A stretch of DNA of 64,000 nt. Origin: Macrostomum lignano (lineage: Eukaryota). The stretch covers positions 136,253-200,252 of the forward strand of contig NIVC01001514.1 in the NCBI GenBank assembly GCA_002269645.1, given 5' to 3'. The notes under the pieces are model-generated. The model was given only the letters and a program-made list of their open reading frames with translations, was not told where the DNA came from and made no database searches. This document shows positions 1 to 12,200 of the stretch, in pieces; position 1 is the stretch's first letter; every line of letters begins with the position of its first letter. The position numbers and the translations under genes were made by a program.

Positions 1-770
1 GGGGGAATTCGGGGTTGTGAGGGACTCTGAGGGGTTGTGAGGGACTCTTAGGGGTTGTGAGGGACTCTTAGGGGTCCTGGGGGAATTCGGGGTTGTGAGG
101 GACTCTGAGGGGTTGTGAGGGACTCTTAGGGGTCCTGGGGGAATTTGGGGTTGTGAGGGAATTTGGGGTTGTGAGGGAATCTGAGGGGTTGTGAGGGACT
201 CTGAGGGGTTGTGAAGGACTCTGAAGGGGTCCTGGGGGAATTTGGAGTTGTGAGGAAATCTGAGGGGTTGTGAGGAATTCTGAGGGGTTCTGAGGAAATC
301 TGAAATCTGAAAGATCTCAGAAATCTGAAACAGTCTGAGGGAATCTGAGGGAATCAGAGAAATCTGAGACAGTCTGGGGGAATCTGAGAGAATCAGAGAA
401 ATCTGAGACAGTCTGAGGGAATTTGAGAGAATCAGTGAAATCTGAGACAGTCTGAGGGAATCTGAGAGAATCAGAGAATTCTGAGACAGTCTGGGGGAAT
501 CTGAGAGAATCAGAGAAATCTGAGGGAATCTGAGGGAATCAGAGAAATCTGAGACAGTCTGAGGGAATCTGAGAGAATCAGAGAAATCTGAGACAGTCTG
601 AGGGAATCTGAGAGAATCAGAGAAATCTGAGACAGTCTGGGGAATCTGAGAGAATCAGAGAAATCTGAGGGAATCTGAGGGAATCAGAGAAATCTGAGAC
701 AATCTGAGGGAATCTGAGAGAATCAGAGAAATCTGAGACAGTCTGAGGGAATCTGAGAGAATCAGAGAAT
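1..770. repeat. Two adjacent minisatellites: ~20-nt GGGTTGTGAGGGACTCTGA(G) (1-290) and ~40-nt GAATCTGAGAGAATCAGAGAAATCTGAGACAGTCTGAGGG built from 10-nt subunits (291-770)
   Basis: Tandem periodicity read directly from the sequence; truncated by the window start. Confidence 0.9.
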
Positions 771-1321
771 TTACGCAAACACGCGAAAGACGTCTAAATA
801 ACAGAAAATAGAAACTTCAGACAGAACCCGTGAGAAGCAAGTCGATCTAACTAATGAAAAATTCCTATTTAACATCGGTTCCAAGAGGCAGGACAGACTG
901 CAAATTCCTCCCAGAGACGGGAAGAGGAGGCTTCTGGCAGCGGGTCCGCGCGCGCGTGGACTTGGATGGAGCATTAATCATAAATGAAACTGTTAGGCAG
1001 CGCTGCAAATTTCTTTCCTGTTTGAGTCTGAATCGAACGGCTCTCCGTTATACTGAGAGGTTCCGGCTTCCTGGACTCGCCCTGTTTGACTGGCAACTTT
1101 TTTTTAATTCCACTACACTACCATAGTGTCTGATAACGAGTCCGCTAGAGCTGAGAGCGATACCTGCGTACCCCAGTGCTGGAACTTCCTTTTATAGGAG
1201 AATGAAGCGCTTTTATTTTATCCCGTTTCATTTCTCTGCCACTCTCTCTCATTACGGTCGATACTGTGCCACTTGAATCAGGGGACCGCTGTGTTGGTAT
1301 ATAGTAGTCTCAGAATTAGAG

Positions 1322-1950
1322 GTCTAGTTTAACCAGCAGATATTCTAGTTCATCCAGAAGATATTCGAGTTTATCCAGCAGATATTCTAGTTTATCCTAA
1401 TGCACCTAGATATTTTAGTTTACCCCATAGATATTCTAGTTTATCCCATAGATTTTCTAGTTTACCCCATAGATATTCTAGTTTATCCCATAGATTTTCT
1501 AGTTTACCCCATAGATATTCTAGTTTATCCCATAGATTTTCTAGTTTACCCCATAGATATTCTAGTTTATCCCATAGATTTTCTAGTTTACCCCATAGAT
1601 ATTCTAGTTTATCCCATAGATATTCTAGTTTACCCCATAGATATTCTAGTTTATCCCATAGATTTTCTAGTTTACCCCATAGATATTCTAGTTTATCCCA
1701 TAGATTTTCTAGTTTACCCCATAGATATTCTAGTTTATCTCATAGATATTCTAGTTTATCTCATAGATATTCTAGTTTATCTCATAGATATTCTAGTTTA
1801 CCCCATAGATATTCTAGTTTATCCAGTAGATTTTCTAGTTTACCCCATAGATATTCTAGTTTACCCCATAGATATTCTAGTTTACCCCATAGATATTCTA
1901 GTTTATCCCATAGATATTCTAGTTTATCCCATAGATATTCTAGTTTACCC
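1322..1950. repeat. 21-nt minisatellite TATTCTAGTTTATCCCATAGA
   Basis: Tandem copies; explains the (ILVYPID)n ORF. Confidence 0.95.
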
Positions 1951-2439
1951 AATAAGCATTCTTGTTTACCAGCTTTTTATCCCATGCAGTTACCAGTATT
2001 ATTCAAGTTTACCAGCATCACTTCAGCTTCACGCAAACAGGATGTTCAGGTGTACTTTTTTGGGTAACTCAGCTCTGCACACCCCGCGGGTAAGTTGGAG
2101 CCGGCGCCTGATCCCCGCTCCTAGCAGAAGAGAGTTCTGGCTGAGGGCACAATGTGCTCTTGCTGCTGTCACGAACTGAGTCTGGGATTAAGTTTCGATT
2201 CGAGAAATCGGTGACTGTCTGACTGGCGAACTGTCTGCGTGCCATGTCTCTGATTCTTCACGCAGTTTTTATCAGCAGCCATGCCTGTATCCAGGGTCGC
2301 CCAGTTTATGCTCTTTATCTGCGCCACCTGCAGTTAGCAGCCTTCTATGGCGGACGGGATGCAACGCTGTATGAAGGCCTCCCTCCCACTATTTCTATTT
2401 GTCTCCCCCTCTCACTATATATATATATATCTATATCTC

Positions 2440-3357
2440 CTGTGTGTCTCCCTCTCTCCTTCTGTCTCCCTCTCTCCTGTCTCCCCCTCTCCTTCTGTCT
2501 CTCTCTCTCCTTCTGTCTCTCTCTCTCTTTCCGTCTCCCTCTCTCCTTCTGTCTCCCTCTCTCCTTCTATCTCCCTCTCTCCTTCTGTCTCCCTCTCTCC
2601 TTCTGTTTCCCTCTCTCCTTCTGTTTCCCTCTCTCCTTCTGTCTCCCTCTCTCCTTCTGTCTCTCTCTCTCCTTCTGTTTCCCTCTCTCCTTCTGTCTCC
2701 CTCTCTCCTTCTGTCTCCCTCTCTCCTTCTGTCTCCCTCTCTCCTTCTGTCTCCCTCTCTCCTTCTGTTTCCCTCTCTCCTTCTGTTTCCCTCTCTCCTT
2801 CTGTCTCCCTCTCTCCTTCTGTTTCCCTCTCTCCTTCTGTCTCCCTCTCTCCTTCTGTCTCCCTCTCTCCTTCTGTCTCCCTCTCTCCTTCTGTCTCCCT
2901 CTCTCCTTCTGTCTCCCTCTCTCCTTCTGTCTCCCTCTCTCCTTCTGTCTCCCTCTCTCCTTCTGTCTCCCTCTCTCCTTCTGTCTCCCCCTTTCCTTCT
3001 GTCTCCCTCTCTCCTTCTGTCTCTCTCTCTCTCCTTCTGTCTCCCCCTCTCCTTCTGTCTCCCTCTCTCCTTCTGTCTCCCTCTCTCCTTCTGTCTCTCT
3101 CTCTCTCCTTCTGTTTCCCTCTCTCCTTCTGTCTCCCTCTCTCCTTCTGTCTCCCTCTCTCCTTCTGTCTCCCTCTCTCCTTCTGTCTCCCTCTCTCCTT
3201 CTGTTTCCCTCTCTCCTTCTGTCTCCCTCTCTCCTTCTGTTTCCCTCTCTCCTTCTGTCTCCCTCTCTCCTTCTGTTTCCCTCTCTCCTTCTGTCTCCCT
3301 CTCTCCTTCTGTCTCCCTCTCTCCTTCTGTCTCCCTCCGACACACACACTCTCTCTA

Positions 3358-3431
<74 letters not shown>
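2440..3431. repeat. 18-nt polypyrimidine minisatellite CTCTCTCCTTCTGTCTCC followed by (CT)n
   Basis: Tandem copies; ORFs in all six frames are artefacts. Confidence 0.95.
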
Positions 3432-3433
<2 letters not shown>

Positions 3434-3967
3434 GTGTCTCCCACTGTCACTCTTTATCACTCTCTCGCTCTCCGTCTTCCCCTTTCCCTGTCTCCTTCTG
3501 TCTCCCTCTGTCACTCCCTTTTACCCTCTGTCCTCTCTCCGTGTGTCCCTCTGTCACTTTCTGTTTTCCTTTGTCTACCTCCGTTACTGTATATGATACG
3601 GTATACAAGTTATAAAGATAACACAAGCTTTAACTCTCACCTGTATCAGATGATAGCTAGTCCTTTTGTGTCAAAGGCCTAAAGGCGACTCAATGATGAG
3701 AGAAGAGCAGAACTAAAGCTGAATTGCCGGGGATATTCTTTGCAAAGAGTATTTTCTGTTATAGCTGCCACGTTTCTCACCTTATTTTCTTAGAAAGACT
3801 GGGTGGGGCAACGCGGGGGGAGATGGGGTAAAGACTTTGCAGGGCTGGGAGATTTTTCTCTGGCTTGCTACTAGCCAATCCTGAGGCGGGGACAACTTCT
3901 CCGTACGTTAAATCTTAGCCTATTGGGAAGCGGCTGCTCCGAAAGGAAGAGTTGAAAGGGAAGGTGA

Positions 3968-4468
3968 CAGTGGGAGGAGGTGAGAGTGAAGCAAAGGTGA
4001 GAGTGAAGCAGGGGTGAGAGTGAAGCAGGGGTGAGAGTGAAGCAGAGGTGAGAGTGAAGCAGGGGTGAGAGTGAAGCAGAAGTGAGAGTGGAGCAGGGGT
4101 GAGAGTGAAGCAGAGGTGAGAGTGAAGCAGAAGTGAGAGTGAAGCAGGGGTGAGAGTGAAGCAGGGGTGAGAGTGAAGCAGGGGTGAGAGTGAAGCAGAG
4201 GTGAGAGTGAAGCAGGGGTGAGAGTGAAGCAGGGGTGAGAGTGAAGCAGAGGTGAGAGTGAAGCAGGGGTGAGAGTGAAGCAGAAGTGAGAGTGAAGCAG
4301 GGGTGAGAGTGAAGCAGGGGTGAGAGTGAAGCAGGGGTGAGAGTGAAGCACAGGTGAGAGTGAAGCAAGGGTGAGAGTGAAGCAGGGGTGAGAGTGAAGC
4401 AGGGGTGAGAGTGAAGCGGAGGTGAGAGTGAAGCAGAGGTGAGAGTGAAGCAGAGGTGAGAGTGAAGC
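3968..4468. repeat. 17-nt minisatellite GTGAGAGTGAAGCAGGG
   Basis: Tandem copies. Confidence 0.95.
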
Positions 4469-4879
4469 TACGACCGGAGACAATGGATGAGGAGAGGAGT
4501 GCCAAAGGGGAGCAGTGTTGTAGCGCCTGTGTCAAAGCGAGTGCTGTGACACTGCGGGCAGAATTTCCCGCTTCCAGCAGGTTATTGCTTTTAGTCGGCA
4601 GAGAGGACCGGGCAGACAGCCGGACTCTGCCGTTCCGTTCCTAAATCAAGTCCGGCACAGGAGTTGCAGAAAACTACACTTTCCGGTGTGTTTTTGCTGT
4701 CAGAGTAAAAAAACTTAATTTATACCGCAGATTCCAAGCAAATTCTTGGAAATGTTGTGACAATTGGCTCTAGTGATAGTTTTCAGGCATTTTTACTATT
4801 ATTTCTGTAAAAGTATACAATGAAGTAATTACCTATATTTAGAGACATTTAATCTACCCAGTTAGAAAGTTTTTACCCG

Positions 4880-5320
4880 AGGCTGGAGGGTTGTCAGGCT
4901 GGAGGGTTGTCAGGCTGGAGGGTTGTCAGGCTGGAGGGTTGTCAGGCTGGAGGGTTGTCAGGCTGGAGGGTTGTCAGGCTGGAGGGTTGTCAGGCTGGAG
5001 GGTTGTCAGGCTGGAGGGTTGTCAGGCTGGAGGGTTGTCAGGCTGGAGGGTTGTCAGGCTGGAGGGTTGTCAGGCTGGAGGGTTGTCAGGCTGGAGGGTT
5101 GTCAGGCTGGAGGGTTGTCAGGCTGGAGGGTTGTCAGGCTGGAGGGTTGTCAGGCTGGAGGGTTGTCAGGCTGGAGGGTTGTCAGGCTGGAGGGTTGTCA
5201 GGCTGGAGGGTTGTCAGGCTGGAGGGTTGTCAGGCTGGAGGGTTGTCAGGCTGGAGGGTTGTCAGGCTGGAGGGTTGTCAGGCTGGAGGGTTGTCAGGCT
5301 GGAGGGTTGTCAGGACTGTC
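4880..5320. repeat. Perfect 16-nt minisatellite GGCTGGAGGGTTGTCA
   Basis: About 27 identical copies. Confidence 0.97.
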
Positions 5321-5777
5321 AGGCCATAGGCATCATGCTACAAATGGCTGTAAAAATGCGCAGAAGCAGGCCAGTGGGTACAAATGAAGCGCTGATTTTG
5401 TTGATGCTACAATTGCAAAGCATATCAAATTTCAAAGGCGATGAGGATCCTAGCGAGATCAATGCTGCTGACAACGCAGAGCAGGAAAGCTAGCCAGCAA
5501 CCTGAGGAGAGCGGCTGGGGGAGGGAGGGGAGTAGAAAAGAATTAATTTCATTCGCTTCCCTCAGAGCCCATTAAATATGCTTTCCAGATGTTTGACAAA
5601 ATTTTGCCTCCATGTTTTTTATTTCTATCGCTTTGAACGACGCTAAAATAACTAGACGATTTTTTAAAAACTGAAAGTTGATGCCGGATTAGAGTTTTGG
5701 ATAACTTGGGGGGCTTTTTGGGTATTAAGCCAATGCTAGACTTAGCTTTGGACTTTACAAAAGGATTGTTGTTGCGA

Positions 5778-6182
5778 GCAGGTGTCTGGAGGTATTGGGG
5801 CAGGTGCCTGCGGGTATTGGGGCAGGTGCCTGGGGGTATCGGGGCAGGTGTCTGGGAGTATTGGGGCAGGTGCCTGCGGGTATTGGGGCAGGTGCCTGCG
5901 GGTATTGGGGCAGGTGCCTGCGGGTATCGGGGCAGGTGTCTGGGGGTATTGGGGCAGGTGTTTGGGAGTATTGGGGCAGGTGTCTGCGGGTATTGGGGCA
6001 GGTGCCTGCGGGTATCGGGGCAGGTGTCTGGGGGTATTGGGGCAGGTGTTTGGGAGTATTGGGGCAGGTGTCTGGGAGTATTGGGGCAGGTGCCTGCGGG
6101 TATTTGGGCAGGTGTCTGGGAGTATTAGGGCAGGTGTCTGGGGGGTATTGCGGCAGGTCTCTGGGGTATTGGGGGCAGGTCT
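5778..6182. repeat. 22-nt minisatellite GGGGCAGGTGCCTGCGGGTATT
   Basis: Tandem copies with variants. Confidence 0.93.
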
Positions 6183-6529
6183 GAGGGTTTTTCTGAGTTA
6201 TCAATGGCTGAGTGAATCCACAGGGACAAGGGGCAACTCATATCTTTCTGCCTGCTGGACTTTAAAAAAGTTTCAAAGCCTGAGGTCTTTACTGTCTACT
6301 TTTGGCAGTAGTATCTCAAATAGAAATGGTCCATAATTTTTGTATTAGGATGTTCACATCTCAGGCCTAGGCCAAGCGGGAGGCAGTGCCCCCCTCTAAT
6401 TTCTCTAATAAGTCCAGTATGTTTCTGTACAATATAGCTCGTAAACTGGAATATACAAGCAATGAACATGAAGGTATGGTGTATGCATTTCTTCCATCTC
6501 ACCTTATTTTTCCATATCGTTTCATCTCT

Positions 6530-7020
6530 CCTATCTAGTAGTCTCATCTCTATCATCCAGTCTCATCTCCTATCTAGTCTTATCTCTCCCATCTAGTCCC
6601 ATCTCTTCCACCTTGTCTCATCTCGCCTACCTAGTCACACGTCTCCCATCTAGTCACATATCTACTAACTAGTCTCACGTCTCCCATCTAGTCACATATC
6701 TACTAACTAGTCACACGTCTCCCATCTAGTCACATCTCTCCTACCTAGTCACACGTCTCCCATCTAGTCACATCTCTCCTACCTAGTCACACGTCTCCCA
6801 TCTAGTCACATCTCTCCTACCTAGTCACACGTCTCCCATCTAGTCACATCTCTCCTACCTAGTCACACGTCTCCCATCTAGTCACATCTCTCCTACCTAG
6901 TCACACGTCTCCCATCCAGTCACATTACTAGCTACTCTCATCTCTCCTACCTAGTCTCATGTCTCTCAAATCTAATCACATATCTCCCACCCAGTCTCAT
7001 CTCTCCCACCCAGCCTCATT
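6530..7020. repeat. 38-nt (2x19) minisatellite CTAGTCACACGTCTCCCATCTAGTCACATCTCTCCTAC
   Basis: Tandem copies, degenerate at both ends. Confidence 0.88.
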
Positions 7021-7464
7021 TATCCATTTTTTTCCGTCTCTCCTGTCTCTTCCCGTTTCTTACATCTAATCTCAGCTCTATCCATCTCGTCTCGATTCCA
7101 GCATCTATTTGAATATCACTGGTCCCGCTCCTTTTTATCGCATCTCTACTTTTGCCTTCGAGAAAAGTTGATAACGGCCTCACCTTTCTAAATTGAATTG
7201 ACCAAAGTTAATTTTGAGACCAGTAATGAAATTATGCTGATTGTCCCAAGGCCAGCCACTGATTCTCTAATTGCATCAAGGTGTCCTTTTTGCTAAGAAT
7301 AGCATCTTGTCTTGTCAGTCAGCACGAATAACTGGTGAGCAAGGAGCAGCTTGAGCTGTGACTGCTGATTGCAGTCAGCGAGTTGCGGTTTCTCACCGAT
7401 GCACTAACCAGATTGGCAGAGACATTCTCCAGGTTGCTTTAGGACAGGTGCCAGTTCAGAGGCT

Positions 7465-7770
7465 TGCGAGGTTGGAGCTAGGGTTATATAGGTAGGGTTG
7501 TCAGGCTAAATAATGGCTGTCAGGTTGGAGCTAGGGTTATAGAGGTAGGGTTGTCAGGCTAAATAATGGCTGCCAGGTTGGAGCTAGGGTTATAGAGGTA
7601 GGGTTGTCAGGCTAAATAATGGCTGCCAGGTTGGAGCTAGGGTTATAGAGGTAGGGTTGTCAGGCTAAATAATGGCTGCCAGGTTGGAGCTAGGGTTATA
7701 GAGGTAGGGTTGTCAGACTAAATAATGGCCGCCAGGTTGGAGCTAGGGTTATAGAGGTAGGGTTTTCGGG
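7465..7770. repeat. 53-nt tandem repeat GGTTGGAGCTAGGGTTATAGAGGTAGGGTTGTCAGGCTAAATAATGGCTGCCA
   Basis: About 5.5 copies at 53-nt spacing (7576, 7629, 7682); no spacers. Confidence 0.92.
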
Positions 7771-7774
7771 CTAT

Positions 7775-8107
7775 CAGGCTGGGAGGATGTCAGGCCAGGA
7801 GGATGTCAGGCTCAGAGGATGTCAGGCTAGGAGGATGTCAGGCTAGGAGGATGTCAGGCTTGAGGGATGTCAGGCTGGAGGGATGTCAGGCTAGAGGGAT
7901 GTCAGGCTAAAGGGATGTCAGGCTGGAGGGATGTCAGGCTTGAGGGATATCAGGCTAAGGGATGTCAGGCTAAAGGGATGTCAGGCTAAAGGGATGTCAG
8001 GCTAAAGGGATGTCAGGCTAGGAGGATGTCAGGCTAAAGGGATGTCAGGCTAAAGGGATGTCAGGCTAAAGGGATGTCAGGCTAAAGGGATGTCAGGCTA
8101 GGAGGAT
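7775..8107. repeat. 16-nt minisatellite GGCTAAAGGGATGTCA (TGTCAGG family)
   Basis: Tandem copies. Confidence 0.92.
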
Positions 8108-8449
8108 ATCAACACCACGGGCAGTGCGCACCGCTCGTCCTTCCGTCCAGTGCGTCCAGCCCCGAACAACCGTGCCATACAAATTTGCCGAGCCACCAAC
8201 ACCCGCTGCACTGGAACAGCTGCTCCGAATATCGGCAAACTCGCGCTGCGATGCCTGCAATAAACCGGTAAGTATCCGAATACATGATCTTCTTAAGTAA
8301 AACTACAGACCTCAGAGAGATGTGCATGGTCATAACTAGTCATGGCTTCCTCCAGAGACTTTTCACTACAAAACGTAACTCCCCATTTGCCCAACAACGC
8401 CGCACCACGTCATTTCTGCAAGCATCTGAACGAAGACATCACCTCGGCT

Positions 8450-8710
8450 GATGTCAGGCTAGAAAGACCTCAGGCTAGAAGGGTGTCAGGCTAGAAGGAT
8501 GTCAAGCTAGAAGGATGTCAGGATAGAAGGATGTCAGGATAGAAGGCTGTCAGAAGAGAAGACTGTCAGGAGAGAAGGCTGTCAAAAGAGAAGACTGTCA
8601 GGAGAGAAGTCTGTCAAAAGAGAAGACTGTCAGGAGAGAAGGCTGTCAAAAGAGAAGACTGTCAGGAGAGAAGTCTGTCAGGAGAGAAGGCTGTCAGAAG
8701 AGAAGGCTGC
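8450..8710. repeat. 16-nt degenerate minisatellite TGTCAGGAGAGAAGGC (TGTCAGG family)
   Basis: Tandem copies. Confidence 0.85.
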
Positions 8711-9248
8711 CCTCTTTTGACAGCTTTTGGCGCTGCTTTGTATTTTCTACTCCGCATCTGTCAAAGCGGAGACTAAAGGTCTATTTTATTATATTGAAGG
8801 ACCGGATGCCGCTAGATGGAGGTTTAGGCACCTCAGCGCTTGGTGCAGCAAGGAGCTGGAATGAAGATCGACGATAATCTCCGCTGATCCAATCCTATAA
8901 AACTGTTAGAAACAGGAATTTAGGAAATCGAGAAAATTCCACTTGGAAGCCGGTTTTAACTGCGGAATTTACGAGCTGGATGGATTTTTCAATTTTTTAT
9001 CAACTAATTGGCCCTCTGTGAAATTTTCTAATTGCATGTAAGACAGTGAGTGAGTGTGCGTGTTTGAAACTCCTGCTGCGGAAACTGGCACCCGCACCGC
9101 AGCCAATCATTCCAGATTAAACCGGCGGACCAAAGGTCCAATAAAATCGCTGGGAGCAGACAGCTATTTACATTTATTAGAGCCCGCGGCTGCCTCCCTT
9201 CGTCTCAGCATAGCTTGATATCCTCGTCAGCCGCAGCTGCACCATAAA

Positions 9249-12200
9249 ATGTCCATCCGCAGGCGCCAGAACCGCCTGGAAAGCTGTCCCGATCGTCGGG
9301 ACATTCAAAGCTCAGCCGCGGGTGTCGAACTTCGCCGGGAGTTCATCCGCTTCTGCCAGAACACAACCATCCGCGGCCTGCCGCGCATAGTGAAGTCGGA
9401 CTCTCGACGCATCCGCACTCTCTGGCTGGTGTCCGTTCTGGCGTTGTTTGTGAGCTGCCTGCTGTGCCTCACCTTCTTGGTTAACCAGTTTCTCGAGTAC
9501 GATGTCATGCACCCGCCACGGGTGCTCAAGGACGCCAGCTCGCCGTTCCCCTCGTTGACCATCTGCAACATGCGGCCTCTGTCAACGCCTGGCAAAGACC
9601 TGCTGAGCCAGCTGGGTTGGAAGAACCCCAGACAGTTCTCTAGGTTCGTAGGGGCAGAACAGGGCAGCGGTGAACGCGTCTGACTCTTGCGCCACAACCC
9701 ATGGTTCGAATCCGTGCGCGGCCGCATTCATGTGTGGCTTGTGCACCAGAATTGCCCGGAGGGTTTTGCGATTCACCCCCATGAAGACCAGCCCCCCCCC
9801 CAAGGCACAGAGAATGTACATGCCTGACGATTAGAAAGTCAGGGCTGCTGTACAACCTGTGTGAGCGAGTGTATGAGGGTGTGCCTGCGCGCTTGTCTCT
9901 GCTCAGGAGGCAGCAAAATAGGCAGAATGGCCTCAGTGCTCACTTTGGGACCCTGTCGCCGTAAGCGTTGCGCCAGGATGCATGCAGACCTCCTGCGATC
10001 ATTTGTATTTTTTCCAGGTCCGTGGAAGGCCTCACCCGCCATTTGTACTATAGCAACGAAAGTACAAAGCACATTTACTACAGTTTCTCCGGGTCGTTCG
10101 GTCTTGCCGCTTTCCTGGAAAGCCTGCCAAGAAATGACAGCCTGAACTTGGGTCATCGGCTCCAGGACTTCGTGCTGGATTGTCGGGCAGTTATAAGGAA
10201 CGGCAGCGCCAGGAATCAGTTCTTCTGCTCGCCTGACTACGGGCCCGGCAGAGCGGACGTGTCGGCGGGCACTTTTCACGCGTTCAGGCATGCCAGCTTT
10301 CTGAACTGCTTCACTCTGGACATTGCCGAGTCATTGCGGAACGATACCACATTGGTGGAAATGTCTGTCTACTTGGACAACGAATGGGGACCCGACAACT
10401 TTGAATGCGTTGACTGCTATCTGCAGGTGAGCTCCCGTTTTGCAGTTTGTTGAAGAGGCAGATCTGCTAAGAGTGCGAACATGATTGTACCTATGGACGC
10501 ATCTGTGTCCGTGTGTGCTCAGGGTCCGGCGGAATGGCCATGACTGCTCGTCTCTTCGTTGGCGCTCTGACTTGCGGCAGGGCCCAACGGTTTTTATCGA
10601 GTGGCTACTGCTCCGATAGTGCATGAGATGCAATGCTGCTGCTCAGGAATGGAAGTGTGCGGTTCGCATGTCTGATGACGCCGGACCTGGTAATTGTTCA
10701 GTGAAAGCTGTGGGATGTCAGCAGACATCTGACATACTCGTACAGAAGTCCCTTAGCTTCTAGAGCATGTAAACCACAGCAAATTGTCAGCAGCCAATTT
10801 GGGCTAATTATCCGGAAGCAAAATGACAAAACCTCGCCATTAGGCTGCCTGGCTGTTCTGATTAATTGTCAAAGTGATTTTTTGCTGTTTGGCGATGCGT
10901 CGCAGTCAATTATTTCAAACCGTTTCGTGTCTAAAAAGCTTTTTCGCTCGTTGGTAATAATCTGCGGTTCTTATAATTGCCAGTCAAATGTGACAAGCAG
11001 ACGAATTGCAAGTGTGTTTGTCGCCAAGTTCGCTGAGGGCAATGGTTCACGTCATCACTTGGCTCTTATCTACAGCAAACAAAACAGAACTCTGAAAAAG
11101 CGAGATGCAACTTAGAAAAAGTTTAAAAATTCTTCCCAATTTCTGTTCGCAAGTTCCGTGACCTCCTTCAAACCAGCCCGTCAATGGCACTGACAAACAA
11201 CTTTTGATACGTCTAGCCTGACCCTCTCTTAGTCGACTGACGCCATCTGACATCGCCGACAGCTGACCTGACCCTTATTCGATATCTGGGTTCTGCAAGC
11301 GGATTTTTTTTGGTGGAGGGGTGGGGTCAATGACAATCGCCTGTCGACCCTAACCCTAACCTGGCATTTTTGCCAGCATCTGCAAGTTAAGCATAGTTGG
11401 CTGTGGTTAGTACATAGCTGAATAGGACTCTGTTTGAGTCAACCCTCCAAGCAGCGACTGTGAGCGAGGTGGCAAATTTAGTTGCCGTAGACATACGGAG
11501 TTGCAAACCTTCCTAGTCCCAGAATTTTTATCCCTTGTAAACTGTGCACAGTCCTGGGATGCTCTGCGCTTTGCATGCAAACAACATTTGCACATTGATT
11601 TCTTGTCGTCACACTCTCCTGCTAGCCGTCAAGCCATTCCATTCCGTGCTTTTAGTCTTTGACCACAGTCACTGGCCACAATGCCCTCAGGACATCAACA
11701 CGCAGCTCTCGGGCGCCATCCTCACAATTCACGACGGCGACACCTTCCCAGACGTTAACCACGACGCTGTGCACCTGAAGTCCGGCTCTCTGACGGAAGT
11801 GAAAATAAAAAACGTGCTAAACGTGCAGAAACGCCCGCCCTACGGCAGGTGCTCGGCCGATACGCTGAAGTCTCTGGACCTGTTCGCCCGGCGCTACAAG
11901 TACATCGAAGGCGCCTGCAGGCAGGCCACGATTCAGCGCGACATCCGCGACACCTGCGGCTGCCAGGCGGCCGAATATCCGCAGATTGGCGATCCGGACG
12001 AAGTTCGATTCTGCACCGGCCTGCCAGAGTTCCTGCCCGCCAATGCGTGCAGCGACGGCGACAGCGACTTGGGGGTCTGTCGGGCGGCACTGGAGCGAGC
12101 GCACAGGTTCATCAAGTGCAAACAGGCGGTGATCTCCAAGTACTTTAAGGATGTTGTAGACAGTTGCACCCTGCCGTGCTCCTTCTACAGCTACCAGACC

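Noticed and set aside
854-1126. 90-aa ORF
   Set aside because: No recognisable domain or convincing splice context
6215-6310. Reverse-transcriptase-like peptide IHRDKGQLISFCLLDFKK
   Set aside because: Only weak resemblance to the LDxxKAFD motif, bounded by stops, with no other RT motifs
7465-7770. CRISPR-like regularly spaced repeats (also 43505-43700)
   Set aside because: Units abut with no unique spacers, there are no cas genes and the context is eukaryotic
9655-9725. tRNA gene
   Set aside because: A B box is present but there is no complete cloverleaf, and it continues into the SINE body; treated as a SINE head
9823-9843. Hammerhead ribozyme (CTGACGA..GAAA)
   Set aside because: Only 3 nt separate the motifs, so there is no stem II; other copies lack the core
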